The notes under the pieces were generated by a model. The model saw nothing but the letters and a program-made list of their open reading frames with translations. It made no database searches and had not been told where the DNA came from. A stretch of 32,000 bases of DNA from Fastidiosibacter lacustris (GTDB taxonomy: Bacteria; Pseudomonadota; Gammaproteobacteria; Francisellales; Francisellaceae): positions 60,001 through 92,000 of the forward strand of contig NZ_QLIR01000001.1 in assembly GCF_003428155.1 (NCBI RefSeq), read 5' to 3'. The translations under genes were made by a program, and so were the position numbers. Shown here piece by piece: positions 8,480-18,275 of this stretch. Positions within the stretch are counted from its first letter, which is position 1, and every line of letters begins with the position of its first letter.

Positions 8480-8518
8480 AATTATGGTTTGCTTATGATT
8501 AATTCACAATTTAAAATT
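8480..8518 (+). repeat. Right copy of the 39-nt imperfect direct repeat
   Basis: AATTATGGTTTGCTTATGATTAATTCACAATTTAAAATT. It ends 31 nt before the probable wbpA ATG at 8550. Confidence 0.7.
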
Positions 8519-8549
8519 CAACGTGCGTAATTCCTATAAGGCTCGTAAG

Positions 8550-9800
8550 ATGATAAAAAGAAAAATTTCAGTTATTGGTTTGGGGTATGTTGGTTTACCC
8601 GTAGCGGTTGCCTTTGGTCAAAAGCAACAAGTGGTCGCATTTGATATTAATCGAAATAGAATAAAAGCGTTAAAAGCAGGACATGATTACACCTTAGAGG
8701 TAGCAGATGGTGAGTTACAATCAGCGAACTTACTGTTGACAGATGATATTGGAGAGCTTAAAAAAGCAGATTTTCATATTCTGGCAGTCCCAACGCCAAT
8801 TGATGATGCGAACAAACCTGATTTAAGCCCACTTTTAAGCGCATCAAAAACGGTGGGAAAGGCACTTAAAAAAGGCGATATTGTCGTTTACGAATCTACA
8901 GTTTATCCAGGGGCGACAGAGGAGGACTGTGTCCCTATTTTGGAAAAAGAATCAGGGTTAAAATGTGGCATTGATTTCTTTGTAGGCTACTCACCTGAGC
9001 GGATTAATCCAGGTGATAAAGAGCATACGTTTACCAAAATTCTTAAGGTGGTTTCAGGGCAAACTCCCGAGATTTGCGATATTGTTGCCGAAGTTTATGC
9101 TTCTGTTGTTAAAGCTGGTGTATATAAGGCAAGCTCCATTAAAGTGGCAGAAGCGAGTAAAGTAATTGAAAACTCACAACGGGATTTAGGGATCGCTTTT
9201 GTCAATGAGTTATCAAAAATTTTCCATTTAATGGGAATAGATACGCAAGAGGTTTTAGATGCCGCAGCTACTAAGTGGAATTTTGTGCGACTTAATCCAG
9301 GTCTTGTTGGCGGGCATTGTATTGGGGTAGATCCATATTATTTGACATATAAAGCGGAGAGATTAGGCTATCATCCTGAAGTTTTATTGGCAGGGCGCAG
9401 AATTAATGATGGTATGGCGAAATATGTGGCTGAACAGGTTGTCAAGACTATGATTCACGAGGGAAAGCTAATCAAAAATGCCAAGGTTGCGCTATTGGGT
9501 GTGACGTTTAAAGAAAATTGCCCAGATATTAGAAATTCTAAGATTTTTGATGTGATTCAGGAGTTGAGAGAATATAATCTCAACGTTGACGTTCATGATC
9601 CAGTGGCTGATGTCAATGAGGTTGAGCATGAGTGTGGCATAAAACTTATTGATTGGACTGAACTGGAAGGAAAACGTTATGATGTTATCGTGGTTGCAGT
9701 AGGGCATGATGACTATCGTAATGAAAGACTGCCTGAACATGATATACTAATTGACGTCAAATCAATTTATGATAAGAAAAAATCTAAATTTAGACTGTGA
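8550..9800 (+). CDS. wbpA: UDP-N-acetyl-D-glucosamine 6-dehydrogenase (WbpA/TviB/WecC-type nucleotide-sugar dehydrogenase)
   Basis: It has the Rossmann motif ISVIGLGYVGLP and the catalytic Cys context GGHCIGVDPYY, at the length expected for the UDP-glucose/GDP-mannose dehydrogenase family. wbpB/D/E homologues follow. The ORF track starts at GTG 8523, but the ATG at 8550 (MIKRKISVIGLG) preceded by AAGG is more plausible. Confidence 0.85.
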   Translation: MIKRKISVIGLGYVGLPVAVAFGQKQQVVAFDINRNRIKALKAGHDYTLEVADGELQSANLLLTDDIGELKKADFHILAVPTPIDDANKPDLSPLLSASKTVGKALKKGDIVVYESTVYPGATEEDCVPILEKESGLKCGIDFFVGYSPERINPGDKEHTFTKILKVVSGQTPEICDIVAEVYASVVKAGVYKASSIKVAEASKVIENSQRDLGIAFVNELSKIFHLMGIDTQEVLDAAATKWNFVRLNPGLVGGHCIGVDPYYLTYKAERLGYHPEVLLAGRRINDGMAKYVAEQVVKTMIHEGKLIKNAKVALLGVTFKENCPDIRNSKIFDVIQELREYNLNVDVHDPVADVNEVEHECGIKLIDWTELEGKRYDVIVVAVGHDDYRNERLPEHDILIDVKSIYDKKKSKFRL

Positions 9801-9816
9801 ATTTAAGGAATATTTG

Positions 9817-10821
9817 ATGAAACGTTTTGCATTGATTGGAGCTGCTGGTTATATTGCACCAAGGCATATGAAGGCAATCAAAGATACTGATAATGAACTT
9901 GTGGTTGCAATGGACACTTTTGATTCAGTTGGAATCTTGGATAGTTATTTCCCTCAAGCTGATTTTTTTAAAGAGTTTGAACGCTTTGAACGTAATGTTC
10001 AATTGCGCAAAGGGGGCAATAAACGAGTGGACTTCGTCTCAATATGTTCCCCGAATTACTTACATGACAGTCATATTCGCTTCGCGTTAAATAATGGGGC
10101 GCATGCTATCTCGGAAAAACCTTTGGTTTTAAATCCATGGGTTCTAGAAAATCTCGAGAGTTTGGAAAAAGAAACTGGTAAAAATGTATATAATATTTTG
10201 CAGCTACGCCTTCACCCATCTATTATTGCTTTAAGAGAGAAAGTGCTTCATGGTCCGAAAGACAAGGTATATAATATCGATTTAACCTACCTAACAAGCC
10301 GTGGAACATGGTATTACAGTACATGGAAAGCGGACCAAAACAAGTCAGGTGGAATTGCAACTAATATTGGTGTGCATTTTTTCGATATGTTAGCCTGGAT
10401 TTTTGGAGATGTTAAAAGGAATGACTCTCATCTTGATGAAATTGATAAAGCGGCCGGGTATTTAGAGTTTGAACGTGCAAGAGTGCGTTGGTTTTTAAGT
10501 ATCAATCCGGAAATGCTGCCTCAGCAAGCCTTAAGCAAAGGGGTTAGAACTTTTCGCTCTATTAAGATTGATGGTGAGGAGTTTGAATTCAGTGATGGTT
10601 TTACGGATCTTCATACTGTGGTCTACAGAGATATATTGGATGGTAACGGTTATCGAGTGTCTCATGCAAAAACTGCGATTGAAATCGTGTTTTCTCTAAG
10701 GCATAAGACGCCAAAAGGTATTACTAAAGACAGTCATCCATTTTGTCAAAAAGCGATTCAAACACCGTTTTTGGGATTTTCTAAAGACATGATTGGGAAA
10801 TATTTGGAGAAGTTGGTGTGA
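9817..10821 (+). CDS. wbpB: Gfo/Idh/MocA oxidoreductase, WbpB-like (UDP-GlcNAcA 3-dehydrogenase)
   Basis: It has the N-terminal Rossmann motif [18 protein letters not shown] and an EKP motif ([11 protein letters not shown]), and sits between wbpA-like and wbpD-like genes. The ATG at 9817 has an AAGGA 7 nt upstream. The listed start at 9751 would overlap wbpA by 50 nt. Confidence 0.8.
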   Translation: MKRFALIGAAGYIAPRHMKAIKDTDNELVVAMDTFDSVGILDSYFPQADFFKEFERFERNVQLRKGGNKRVDFVSICSPNYLHDSHIRFALNNGAHAISEKPLVLNPWVLENLESLEKETGKNVYNILQLRLHPSIIALREKVLHGPKDKVYNIDLTYLTSRGTWYYSTWKADQNKSGGIATNIGVHFFDMLAWIFGDVKRNDSHLDEIDKAAGYLEFERARVRWFLSINPEMLPQQALSKGVRTFRSIKIDGEEFEFSDGFTDLHTVVYRDILDGNGYRVSHAKTAIEIVFSLRHKTPKGITKDSHPFCQKAIQTPFLGFSKDMIGKYLEKLV

Positions 10822-11399
10822 GTGATTTTTTCGTTCACGAAAGCAGTTATATTGATGAAGGTGTTAGTATTGGGGAAAATACCAAAATTTGGCATTTTTG
10901 CCATATCATGCGTAATACCAATATTGGTAACGATTGCTCATTTGGGCAAAATTGTGTTGTTGGTCCCAATGTGAAAATTGGTAACAATGTTAAAGTACAG
11001 AACAATATTTCTATCTACGATGGTGTAGAATGCGAAGACGATGTTTTTCTTGGACCTTCAATGGTATTTACAAATGTCATTAATCCAAGAAGCCATGTCA
11101 ATCGTAAGCATGAATTTAAAAAAACCTTGATAAAGAAGGGTTCGACAGTAGGTGCTAATGCCACAATTGTTTGTGGTGTAACGATTGGTGAATATGCTTT
11201 GATTGGAGCGGGCTCGGTAGTAACAAAAGATGTTAAACCGTTTGCATTGATGGTGGGAATTCCTGCTAGGCAAATTGGTTGGGTTGATATGCTTGGAGAG
11301 AGAATTAATTTTGGCAAGAGCAACCAGGCACTTGATGGACAAGGTAATGCTTATATTTTGCAAAATGAATTTGTTAGCTTGCTCAGAGGAATTCGGTGA
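10818..11399 (+). CDS. wbpD: Hexapeptide-repeat (LbH) N-acetyltransferase, WbpD-like
   Basis: 193 aa made of left-handed beta-helix hexapeptide repeats ([69 protein letters not shown]). The GTG start overlaps the wbpB stop (GTGA). Confidence 0.8.
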   Translation: MSDFFVHESSYIDEGVSIGENTKIWHFCHIMRNTNIGNDCSFGQNCVVGPNVKIGNNVKVQNNISIYDGVECEDDVFLGPSMVFTNVINPRSHVNRKHEFKKTLIKKGSTVGANATIVCGVTIGEYALIGAGSVVTKDVKPFALMVGIPARQIGWVDMLGERINFGKSNQALDGQGNAYILQNEFVSLLRGIR

Positions 11400-13372
11400 A
11401 TAAATCTAATTTAAACTTATACAGGGCAGATATAGATGGATTAAGAGCAATAGCAGTTCTATTGGTTATCTTTTATCATTTGCAATGGTCGTTTTTTTCA
11501 GCAGGTTTTTTAGGTGTAGATGTGTTTTTTGTAATTTCAGGTTATCTGATTACTTTGCATATTTCTCAGAGTCTGTTTTTAGAGAAGTTTTCTTTGAAGC
11601 AGTTCTATTTAAAACGAATGCGAAGGATCTTGCCAGCTCTGCTTTTTTTGCTTGTTGTAACGAGCTTTTTCGCATGGTTGTTTTTATTACCAGATGCTTT
11701 GTTGGGTTATACTAAGTCGTTGTTGGCGGCGTTATTGTCTTTTTCAAATATTTACTTTTATAACTCTTTCAATTTTGGGTACTTTGCCACCGACGCTTCT
11801 GTTATTTCATTGCTTCACACATGGTCGCTTGGTGTTGAAGAACAATTTTATATAATATGGCCTTTATTATTACTTGTTTGCTTTAGGGTTAAGAGCTCAT
11901 ATTTGATGTTATCAGTTATGGCTTCTATAATTCTTTTTCTGTCATTGTTTTTGTATATAACTATAGATTCGAATATGGCGTATTATATGCCCTTTACCAG
12001 AGCATTTGAGCTATTGTTTGGTGCGATACTTGCATTATTTTCAAAGCAGATAAAGCTAGTAAAAAGTATATTGATTGCAAATGTACTTTCACTTGTAGGA
12101 ATAGTGATTATTTTGTTACCAGCAATCATGCTTTCTAAAAGTGACTTCCCTAGTTTTTGGGCTGTAGTTCCTTGCGTAGGTGTTGTATTGATAATCTTTA
12201 CTGGTGGCTTGCAGAAGAGCTATACCCCTTATGTTAATAAAGTACTGGCGCTTAAACCTTTGGTCAATGTTGGTTTGATTTCCTATTCGCTGTATTTGTG
12301 GCATTGGCCGATTATTGCATATTTGAATTATCTTAGTATATCAATAACTCCATACACTGGAATTGCGGTCATTCTAGCATCAATTTTGATGGCAAGCTTA
12401 AGTTATTTCCTTGTAGAAAAACCATTGCGCTATAAAGTTATTTTCCCTTTTGGAAAAACTTTTTTCACCTTTATTTTGCTGCCTTTGTTTTTGTTCTCTA
12501 TATTTGCGCTAGTTGTGCGGATTAATTCACAATTTGGGTATAACCAGTATTATAAGGATGTTCAACAATTATCATCAACATATTACGGTGTAATTAAAGA
12601 GGACGATGGATGTCATAATTCTGGCACTGACGTGTCACTCCCCTCAAAGAATAAGTGTCTAATAGGTGATCGTAGTAAGAAACAAATAAAAGTTCTAGTT
12701 GTTGGGGATTCACATGCAATGGCTGAAACTGGTATGCTAGATGTAATGCTTAAGAATGCAGGACTTAAAGCATATGTGGCAACTAAATCTAGCGGGCCAT
12801 TTTTAATTGGTAAACTTAAAGATTGGAATCAATATTTTCCAATGAAGAGAAACAATTTATTATTACGAGATATACAAGAAAGTAAGTATAAGTATGTTAT
12901 AATCGGTGGTTCTTGGAATGATGTTTATTTGGAAAATATTCAAATTCAAGATCAAAAAAACACTAAACCTTGGCAAGGGTTGATGTATGGTTTATAGAGT
13001 GCGCTTAAAGCAATTGTATCGAGTGGGGCTATGCCAGTTATTGTTTTAGATAATGCGACGACCCTGAGTTTAAAGAAAACTTGTGGCTTAACAAAAATTC
13101 CTACGGCTAAATGTGTCAATGATTATGATAAAGCAAATTTAATGAACGTGAGACAAAAGATCTTGGGATTAAAGAAACTTTACCCTACCTTGATATTTAT
13201 TGATCCTAACAAAATTATTTGTGAAAATAAAAAATGTGTCACTTCCATTAATAAAGTTCCGTTGTATTATACTGATGGAGAAAATAGCCATTTAAGCTAT
13301 GCAGGTTCAACCTTGATTGGTAAGTTATATTTGAACAAAGTTGGAAACCCTTTTGATCTAAAGATTAGCTAA
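11396..13372 (+). pseudogene. OafA/WbpC-like acyltransferase-3 + SGNH fusion, interrupted by one in-frame TAG at 12995-12997
   Basis: ORFs 11396..12997 and 13031..13372 are in the same frame. The read-through translation is ...WQGLMYGL*SALKAIVSSGAMPVIVLD.... The N-terminal part has the acyltransferase_3 signature (DIDGLRAIAVLLVIFYH, ~10 TM helices). SGNH block I (VLVVGDSHAMA) and block III (GGSWND) lie before the stop. The block V-like DGENSHLS lies after it. Confidence 0.8.
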
Positions 13373-13390
13373 ATAAATTAAGAGAGTTAT

Positions 13391-14449
13391 ATGAAACCAT
13401 TTTTTGATATTCAAGCACAGTATCAAATGTACAAAGAAGAAATTAACCAAGCAATTCAAGAAGTGTTGGATTCAGGTAATTTTATTATGGGGCTACAAGT
13501 TAAAATGCTTGAGAGTGAGTTAGAAAGCTATACGGGTGCTAAGCATTGTGTGACATGCGCCAATGGCACTGATGCGCTACAAATTGCAATGATGGCAATA
13601 GGCATAAAACCAGGTGATGAAGTGATCACAACGCCATTTACTTTTATTGCAACAGCAGAAACAATAGCGCTTTTGGGCGCTAAGCCTGTATTTGTGGATA
13701 TTGAAGAAAGTAGCTTTTTAATTGATGCTGATTTAATTGCAGAAAAAATCACCCCCAGAACTAAAGCAATTATCCCTGTGTCATTATATGGGCAGGTTGC
13801 TGATATGGATGCAATTAACAAAATGGCTAAAGAGCATTCACATAAATTGGGGCATAAAATTTATGTCATTGAAGATGCTGCTCAAAGCTTTGGTGCAGAG
13901 TATAAAGGTAACAAATCTTGTAATGTATCAGACATCGCTACAACAAGTTTTTTTCCAACAAAACCATTAGGTTGTTATGGCGATGGTGGTGCAATATTTA
14001 CATCGAATGATGAAATAGCGCAAAAGATGCGCGAAATTCGAGTTCATGGTCAAAGTAAACGTTATTATCATACGAGTGTGGGGGTGAACTCACGTTTAGA
14101 TACCATTCAAGCAGCAGTCTTATTGGTGAAGCTAAGATATTTCGATCAAGAAATTGAAATACGCCGCAAGCGAGCACAAGAATACTTTAAGCAATATCAA
14201 GGTACAGAAATAGTAACACCAATTGAATTGCAGGGTAGAAAGCATGTTTATGGTCAGTATACGGTGCGAGTAAAAGATAGAGAGAGTTTTCAAGAGCGAT
14301 TGAAATTGCAAGGTATTCCAACCACCATTCATTATCCGGTACCATTAAATAAGCAGCCAGCATTTGAGGATAAGTATGCCTTTTGTCCTGTGTCAGATAG
14401 ACTATCTGATGAAGTGTTAAGTTTACCGATGTGTTTGTACAGTGAATAG
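13391..14449 (+). CDS. wbpE: DegT/DnrJ/EryC1-family PLP aminotransferase, WbpE-like (3-oxo-UDP-GlcNAcA transaminase)
   Basis: 352 aa with the family motifs CANGTDAL, EDAAQSFG and the PLP-lysine context SFFPTKPLGCYGDGG. It shows synteny with wbpA/B/D. Confidence 0.85.
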   Translation: MKPFFDIQAQYQMYKEEINQAIQEVLDSGNFIMGLQVKMLESELESYTGAKHCVTCANGTDALQIAMMAIGIKPGDEVITTPFTFIATAETIALLGAKPVFVDIEESSFLIDADLIAEKITPRTKAIIPVSLYGQVADMDAINKMAKEHSHKLGHKIYVIEDAAQSFGAEYKGNKSCNVSDIATTSFFPTKPLGCYGDGGAIFTSNDEIAQKMREIRVHGQSKRYYHTSVGVNSRLDTIQAAVLLVKLRYFDQEIEIRRKRAQEYFKQYQGTEIVTPIELQGRKHVYGQYTVRVKDRESFQERLKLQGIPTTIHYPVPLNKQPAFEDKYAFCPVSDRLSDEVLSLPMCLYSE

Positions 14450-14454
14450 AACTA

Positions 14455-15702
14455 ATGTTTAAAAAAATCTCTATTGTTTTCTTTGGGTATGCGTTAGCTC
14501 AGGGAATTCTCTTTGCATCCTCTCCATTGTTATCAAGATTGTATGACCAGTCGGCTTTTGGCTTGTTAGGCTTTGTTATGGCTTTTGCTGGTGTAATGCT
14601 ACCAATTTTAAGCTTACGTTATGAATACGCAATGCCTTTGGTAAAAACGGCTCACAGTAAACTATCTCTTTTAAAAATCTGCCAAAAGCTAGTTGCTGTA
14701 ATAAGTGTTGTTGCAATCTTTGGATACCTATTGCTAAATTTACTTTTTAATTTCCATGAAATGTCTGTGATTCAATTACTCATCATGGGGGTGATTCTAT
14801 TTACTCAAGGTAATGTTCAAGCAAGCAATCTATATTTAATTTCATATGGGCTTACTACAAAGATGACGGTTGGCAAAATCTATCAAAATATTGTGTTAGT
14901 CGTGGCTCAATTTTTGTTAGCGCTTTTGATCATGGGAATAGGGACAGGTTTAATCTTGGCTTTGCTAATAGGACAGTTAGTTAATCTTGTGTATTTACGT
15001 TATGTTTCAAAGGTTTTGACTACTTCTTGCCATGTGCCAAAAAAATCTCATGCGTTGCTTTTACTGTCTAAGTTTAAGCGATTACCATTATTGATGAGTT
15101 GGGGAGATTTGTTAAACTCGCTAACGTCAAATTTGCCAGTCTTCTTTTTCACCAGTTATTTTGGAGCAAAAACCGTTGGCTTATACTTTTTTGCTTATAG
15201 TGTTTTTAGTGCTCCTTTAAGCCTTTTAGGATTAGCCATATCTCAGGTGATGCTAAAAGATTTTGCAGATAGAGTGATTTATAAGAAAAAAATACTAAAG
15301 CGCTTCTTGATGACGAGTTTTCTTTTAGTGCTGTGTGCTCTTTTGTATTATCTTGTTGCTATTATTTTAGCTCAATATGCTTTATTAATATTTGGTGCTC
15401 ATTGGCAGGGCTTGAAAGAAGTGATTGAGTTAATTTCGCTACCAATTGCATGTATGCTAGTTGCGTCACCACTTTCAACGCTACTAAACACCTTAAATAA
15501 AAATAGATACTTGACAATGTGGCAATCTCTATTTTTTATCGGTACTTTATTGGCATTATATTTGTGTAAGCATTTCGATTTTTTTGAGTTACTAGGTTCT
15601 GTTACATATCTCTGGACATTTATGTATATTCTATATTGGGTAGTTATATTTATTTTTGTTGTTCTATATGAAAAAAGGTTAAGTGGTCGTGTCTCAGTCT
15701 AG
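14455..15702 (+). CDS. wzx: O-unit flippase Wzx (MOP/polysaccharide-biosynthesis family)
   Basis: 415 aa, ~12 predicted TM helices, very AT-rich, located inside a glycan locus next to a Wzy-like gene. The family call rests on topology and context rather than strong motifs. Confidence 0.7.
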   Translation: MFKKISIVFFGYALAQGILFASSPLLSRLYDQSAFGLLGFVMAFAGVMLPILSLRYEYAMPLVKTAHSKLSLLKICQKLVAVISVVAIFGYLLLNLLFNFHEMSVIQLLIMGVILFTQGNVQASNLYLISYGLTTKMTVGKIYQNIVLVVAQFLLALLIMGIGTGLILALLIGQLVNLVYLRYVSKVLTTSCHVPKKSHALLLLSKFKRLPLLMSWGDLLNSLTSNLPVFFFTSYFGAKTVGLYFFAYSVFSAPLSLLGLAISQVMLKDFADRVIYKKKILKRFLMTSFLLVLCALLYYLVAIILAQYALLIFGAHWQGLKEVIELISLPIACMLVASPLSTLLNTLNKNRYLTMWQSLFFIGTLLALYLCKHFDFFELLGSVTYLWTFMYILYWVVIFIFVVLYEKRLSGRVSV

Positions 15703-16876
15703 TGATTTATCCTTTTCATCAAACTGTTTAGTAGCTAAGGAAAGACTATCAAACTTTTATCTTTGGATGATTAGTGCAGGGTTCTTTCTCTATAACTACC
15801 TTATTGGAAATAACTATCTACCTGCAGGTCATGTTGGTCTTTATAGTTTTTCATCATTATTCTATTTGTGCTGCATGGGGTATCTATACCGGTATGATCT
15901 GGGGAAAATACGGTTTGATTTATTATTATTTTGGGTCACAATATTTATTTTTTCAGTCTTTTTACTGACGATTGTTTATTATCTGTTTGATCTTCCTTCC
16001 TCAAACTATAGTTTGAGTTTGTTTACTGCAAATCTAAAATTTATTATCCAATATACTTCGTTGCTGTTTGCAGCTTATTTTGTAAAAGTAGGAAGAATGA
16101 GAAAAGTTATTTTATATTCTTTTGTTTTACTCTCTTGCTTAATATTTTCTAACATAGATTACAATTACTTGATTTTTACGTATGGATACTCAGCTGATAG
16201 TAACTTAATTGCAAGTTACCAAGGTATGGCTAGTAGCTATTTGATGCTATTGATTTTGTTGTTAGTTGCAACTAGGCGAAAGGATGTAAAACTGCTATTT
16301 GCATTTGTGGGCATGGTAGCTCTTTTTTTTATTGGCGCTAGAACTCAGTTTGTTATGGGAGCAATGATTTTTACTTTAATGTTGTTTAAATATCATCCTA
16401 AATTTACTTTTATTCTCATGTTTATAGGAGGCATTTCATTATGTTTTTATCCTGAGATCTTGCTCATGCATGATAGTAGAATTTTTAATTTGTTCCATTT
16501 AGCTCATGACACATCGTTTAAAGCAAGAATCCAAATGTTTGATGCAGGTATCCAAGATATTATAAATCACCCTATTTTGGGAGTATATGGTGGGCAAGTT
16601 TATTATTTTGATGATTTGGGTAGCTATATCCATAATGCTCTTAGTGTTTGGAGGCAGTTTGGAGTTTTTGTTTTCTTAGTATATGTATATGTCATTATGA
16701 GATCCTTTAGTGCTTTGTTTATTTATGCAAGGAAAAGCTCCTCAGTAGAAATAGTATTATTTTATGCAATTGCAATAATTGTGGGTTTGACTTTCTCTCA
16801 AAATTATGAAAATGCAACAGTAGCTTTTATTGTGGGAGCCGCTTTAAGATGTTTAAGTATTAAAGAGAAAACGTAG
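15683..16876 (+). CDS. wzy: O-antigen polymerase Wzy (O-antigen-ligase-like Wzy_C family membrane protein)
   Basis: ~10-12 TM helices plus one large loop (HDSRIFNLFHLAHDTSFKARIQMFDAGIQDIINHPILGVYGG), as in Wzy_C/WaaL-type proteins. It is adjacent to wzx. The start is uncertain: GTG 15683 overlaps wzx by 20 nt, and the ATG at 15767 is an alternative. Confidence 0.6.
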   Translation: MVVSQSSDLSFSSNCLVAKERLSNFYLWMISAGFFLYNYLIGNNYLPAGHVGLYSFSSLFYLCCMGYLYRYDLGKIRFDLLLFWVTIFIFSVFLLTIVYYLFDLPSSNYSLSLFTANLKFIIQYTSLLFAAYFVKVGRMRKVILYSFVLLSCLIFSNIDYNYLIFTYGYSADSNLIASYQGMASSYLMLLILLLVATRRKDVKLLFAFVGMVALFFIGARTQFVMGAMIFTLMLFKYHPKFTFILMFIGGISLCFYPEILLMHDSRIFNLFHLAHDTSFKARIQMFDAGIQDIINHPILGVYGGQVYYFDDLGSYIHNALSVWRQFGVFVFLVYVYVIMRSFSALFIYARKSSSVEIVLFYAIAIIVGLTFSQNYENATVAFIVGAALRCLSIKEKT

Positions 16877-16885
16877 GAGTATTTA

Positions 16886-17527
16886 GTGATTGCAATTATT
16901 GATTATGGTATGGGGAACCCCGCTTCTATATTGAATATGATTCGAAAGGTCGGTGGAGAGGCAATCTTATCATCCAGTGTTCAGGATATTAATGCTGCAA
17001 CAGCAATCATACTCCCAGGGGTAGGCTCTTTTGATAATGGTGTAATAAGGCTAAGGCAATTAGGTATCTTAGAGACTTTAAAGAAGAAAATATTGCAAGA
17101 TAAAATTCCATTTTTAGGTGTTTGTTTAGGTATGCAACTATTGTTTGAAACAAGCGAGGAAGGTGAGGAAATGGGGCTAGGGTATATTTCGGGAAGTGTC
17201 ACAAGATTTAATTTTTTTGAACGGCGAGAGCAACAAAAAAAATTGCGTGTGCCGCATATGGGATGGAATGAAATATCAGCGAAAGATGACTTGCTATTTA
17301 GAGGGTTAACGGAAAACGCTAGATTCTACTTTGTGCATTCATATTATGTTAATTGTTTAGATGAAGCTAATGCTCTAGCCTGTTGTCATTATGGGCATCC
17401 ATTTACCTGTGCTGTACGTAAGGATAATATTTATGGGGTTCAGTTTCATCCTGAAAAGAGTCACAAATTTGGTATGCAACTATTTAGGAATTTTTTGGAG
17501 ATTGTGAAATGCTCAGAACACGCGTAA
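16886..17527 (+). CDS. hisH: HisH-like class-I glutamine amidotransferase subunit (LPS-locus paralog, HisH2/WbuY type)
   Basis: MIAIIDYGMGN start, catalytic Cys in GVCLGMQLL, and His/Glu in FHPEKS. An AGGAG RBS precedes the GTG start. The context is glycan biosynthesis, not a his operon. Confidence 0.85.
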   Translation: MIAIIDYGMGNPASILNMIRKVGGEAILSSSVQDINAATAIILPGVGSFDNGVIRLRQLGILETLKKKILQDKIPFLGVCLGMQLLFETSEEGEEMGLGYISGSVTRFNFFERREQQKKLRVPHMGWNEISAKDDLLFRGLTENARFYFVHSYYVNCLDEANALACCHYGHPFTCAVRKDNIYGVQFHPEKSHKFGMQLFRNFLEIVKCSEHA

Positions 17528-18273
17528 TCCCTACATTATTGTTAAAAGAAGTGGGATTATATAAAGGCATACAGTTTAAAAACCACCAATATGTCGGAGA
17601 TCCAATTAATGCGGTGAAAATTTTTAATGAGAAAGAAGTTGATGAGCTTGTTTTTTTAGATATCTCAGCAACTGATAATAAGCGTATTAATTATGAATTG
17701 ATTGCTGATATTTCTGCTGAGACGTTTATGCCTTTTGCTTATGGTGGAGGAATTTCCCAAGTACAACAGATAGAGAAGCTTTTCCATCTGGGTGTTGAAA
17801 AGGTTATTATAAATACTGCTGCATTCTATTACCCAGAATTAATCACTCAGGCAAGCAAACTTGCTGGTAGTCAGAGTATTGTTGTGTCAATAGATGTTAA
17901 AAAGAGTCTTATGGGTAGGTATGAAGTATACGTTAACAATGGAAAAACTAGAACAAAGCAAGCCCCTATAGAATATGCTAAAAAAATTCAAGATCTAGGC
18001 GCTGGGGAAGTCATCGTGACTTCTATTAATCGTGAAGGTACTGGTAGTGGTTATGATCTTGAGCTACTTTCTCAAATATCTTCGGCAGTTGAAATTCCTA
18101 TTGTTGCTTCAGGAGGTGCGAACTCTATTGATGATTTTGCTCAAGCTGTATCAAAGGCTCATGTGTCAGCCGTTTCAGCGGGTAGTATGTTCGTTTTCCA
18201 TGGCAAGCATCGTGCTGTTTTGATAACATACCCCAGTTATGAAAAACTAGAACAAGCTTTGCAGGAGAACTAA
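17509..18273 (+). CDS. hisF: HisF-like cyclase/ammonia-channel subunit (LPS-locus paralog, HisF2/WbuZ type)
   Basis: 254-aa (beta/alpha)8-type sequence with RVIPTLLLKEVGLYKG, DELVFLDI, GGGIS and ASGGA motifs. It overlaps hisH by 19 nt. Confidence 0.85.
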   Translation: MLRTRVIPTLLLKEVGLYKGIQFKNHQYVGDPINAVKIFNEKEVDELVFLDISATDNKRINYELIADISAETFMPFAYGGGISQVQQIEKLFHLGVEKVIINTAAFYYPELITQASKLAGSQSIVVSIDVKKSLMGRYEVYVNNGKTRTKQAPIEYAKKIQDLGAGEVIVTSINREGTGSGYDLELLSQISSAVEIPIVASGGANSIDDFAQAVSKAHVSAVSAGSMFVFHGKHRAVLITYPSYEKLEQALQEN

Positions 18274-18275
18274 AG

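Noticed and set aside
8523-8549. N-terminal extensions given in the ORF track for wbpA (GTG 8523) and wbpB (ATG 9751)
   Set aside because: Downstream ATGs at 8550 and 9817 have AAGG/AAGGA RBS-like sequences and start right at the conserved Rossmann N-termini. The 9751 start would overlap wbpA by 50 nt.
11015-11363. Antisense and out-of-frame ORFs inside annotated genes (e.g. 110..418, 2881..3219, 3982..4197, 11015..11363, 13528..13821, 20872..21195, 23986..24388, 26729..27055, 27488..27763, 31199..31546, and plus-strand internal ORFs such as 1702..1884, 11485..11715, 15774..15968, 30499..30801)
   Set aside because: All lie entirely within longer ORFs that have clear family motifs. Their translations lack motifs and look like frame shadows.
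13031-13372. 113-aa ORF as an independent gene
   Set aside because: It is in the same frame as the upstream acyltransferase ORF, separated by a single TAG. It encodes the missing C-terminal block of that protein's SGNH domain, so it is treated as part of one disrupted gene.
16886-18273. hisH/hisF as part of a histidine biosynthesis operon
   Set aside because: No other his genes flank them. They are embedded between wzy and a WbpG-type amidotransferase, which is the known arrangement for glycan acetamidino modification. They are therefore called as LPS-locus paralogs.
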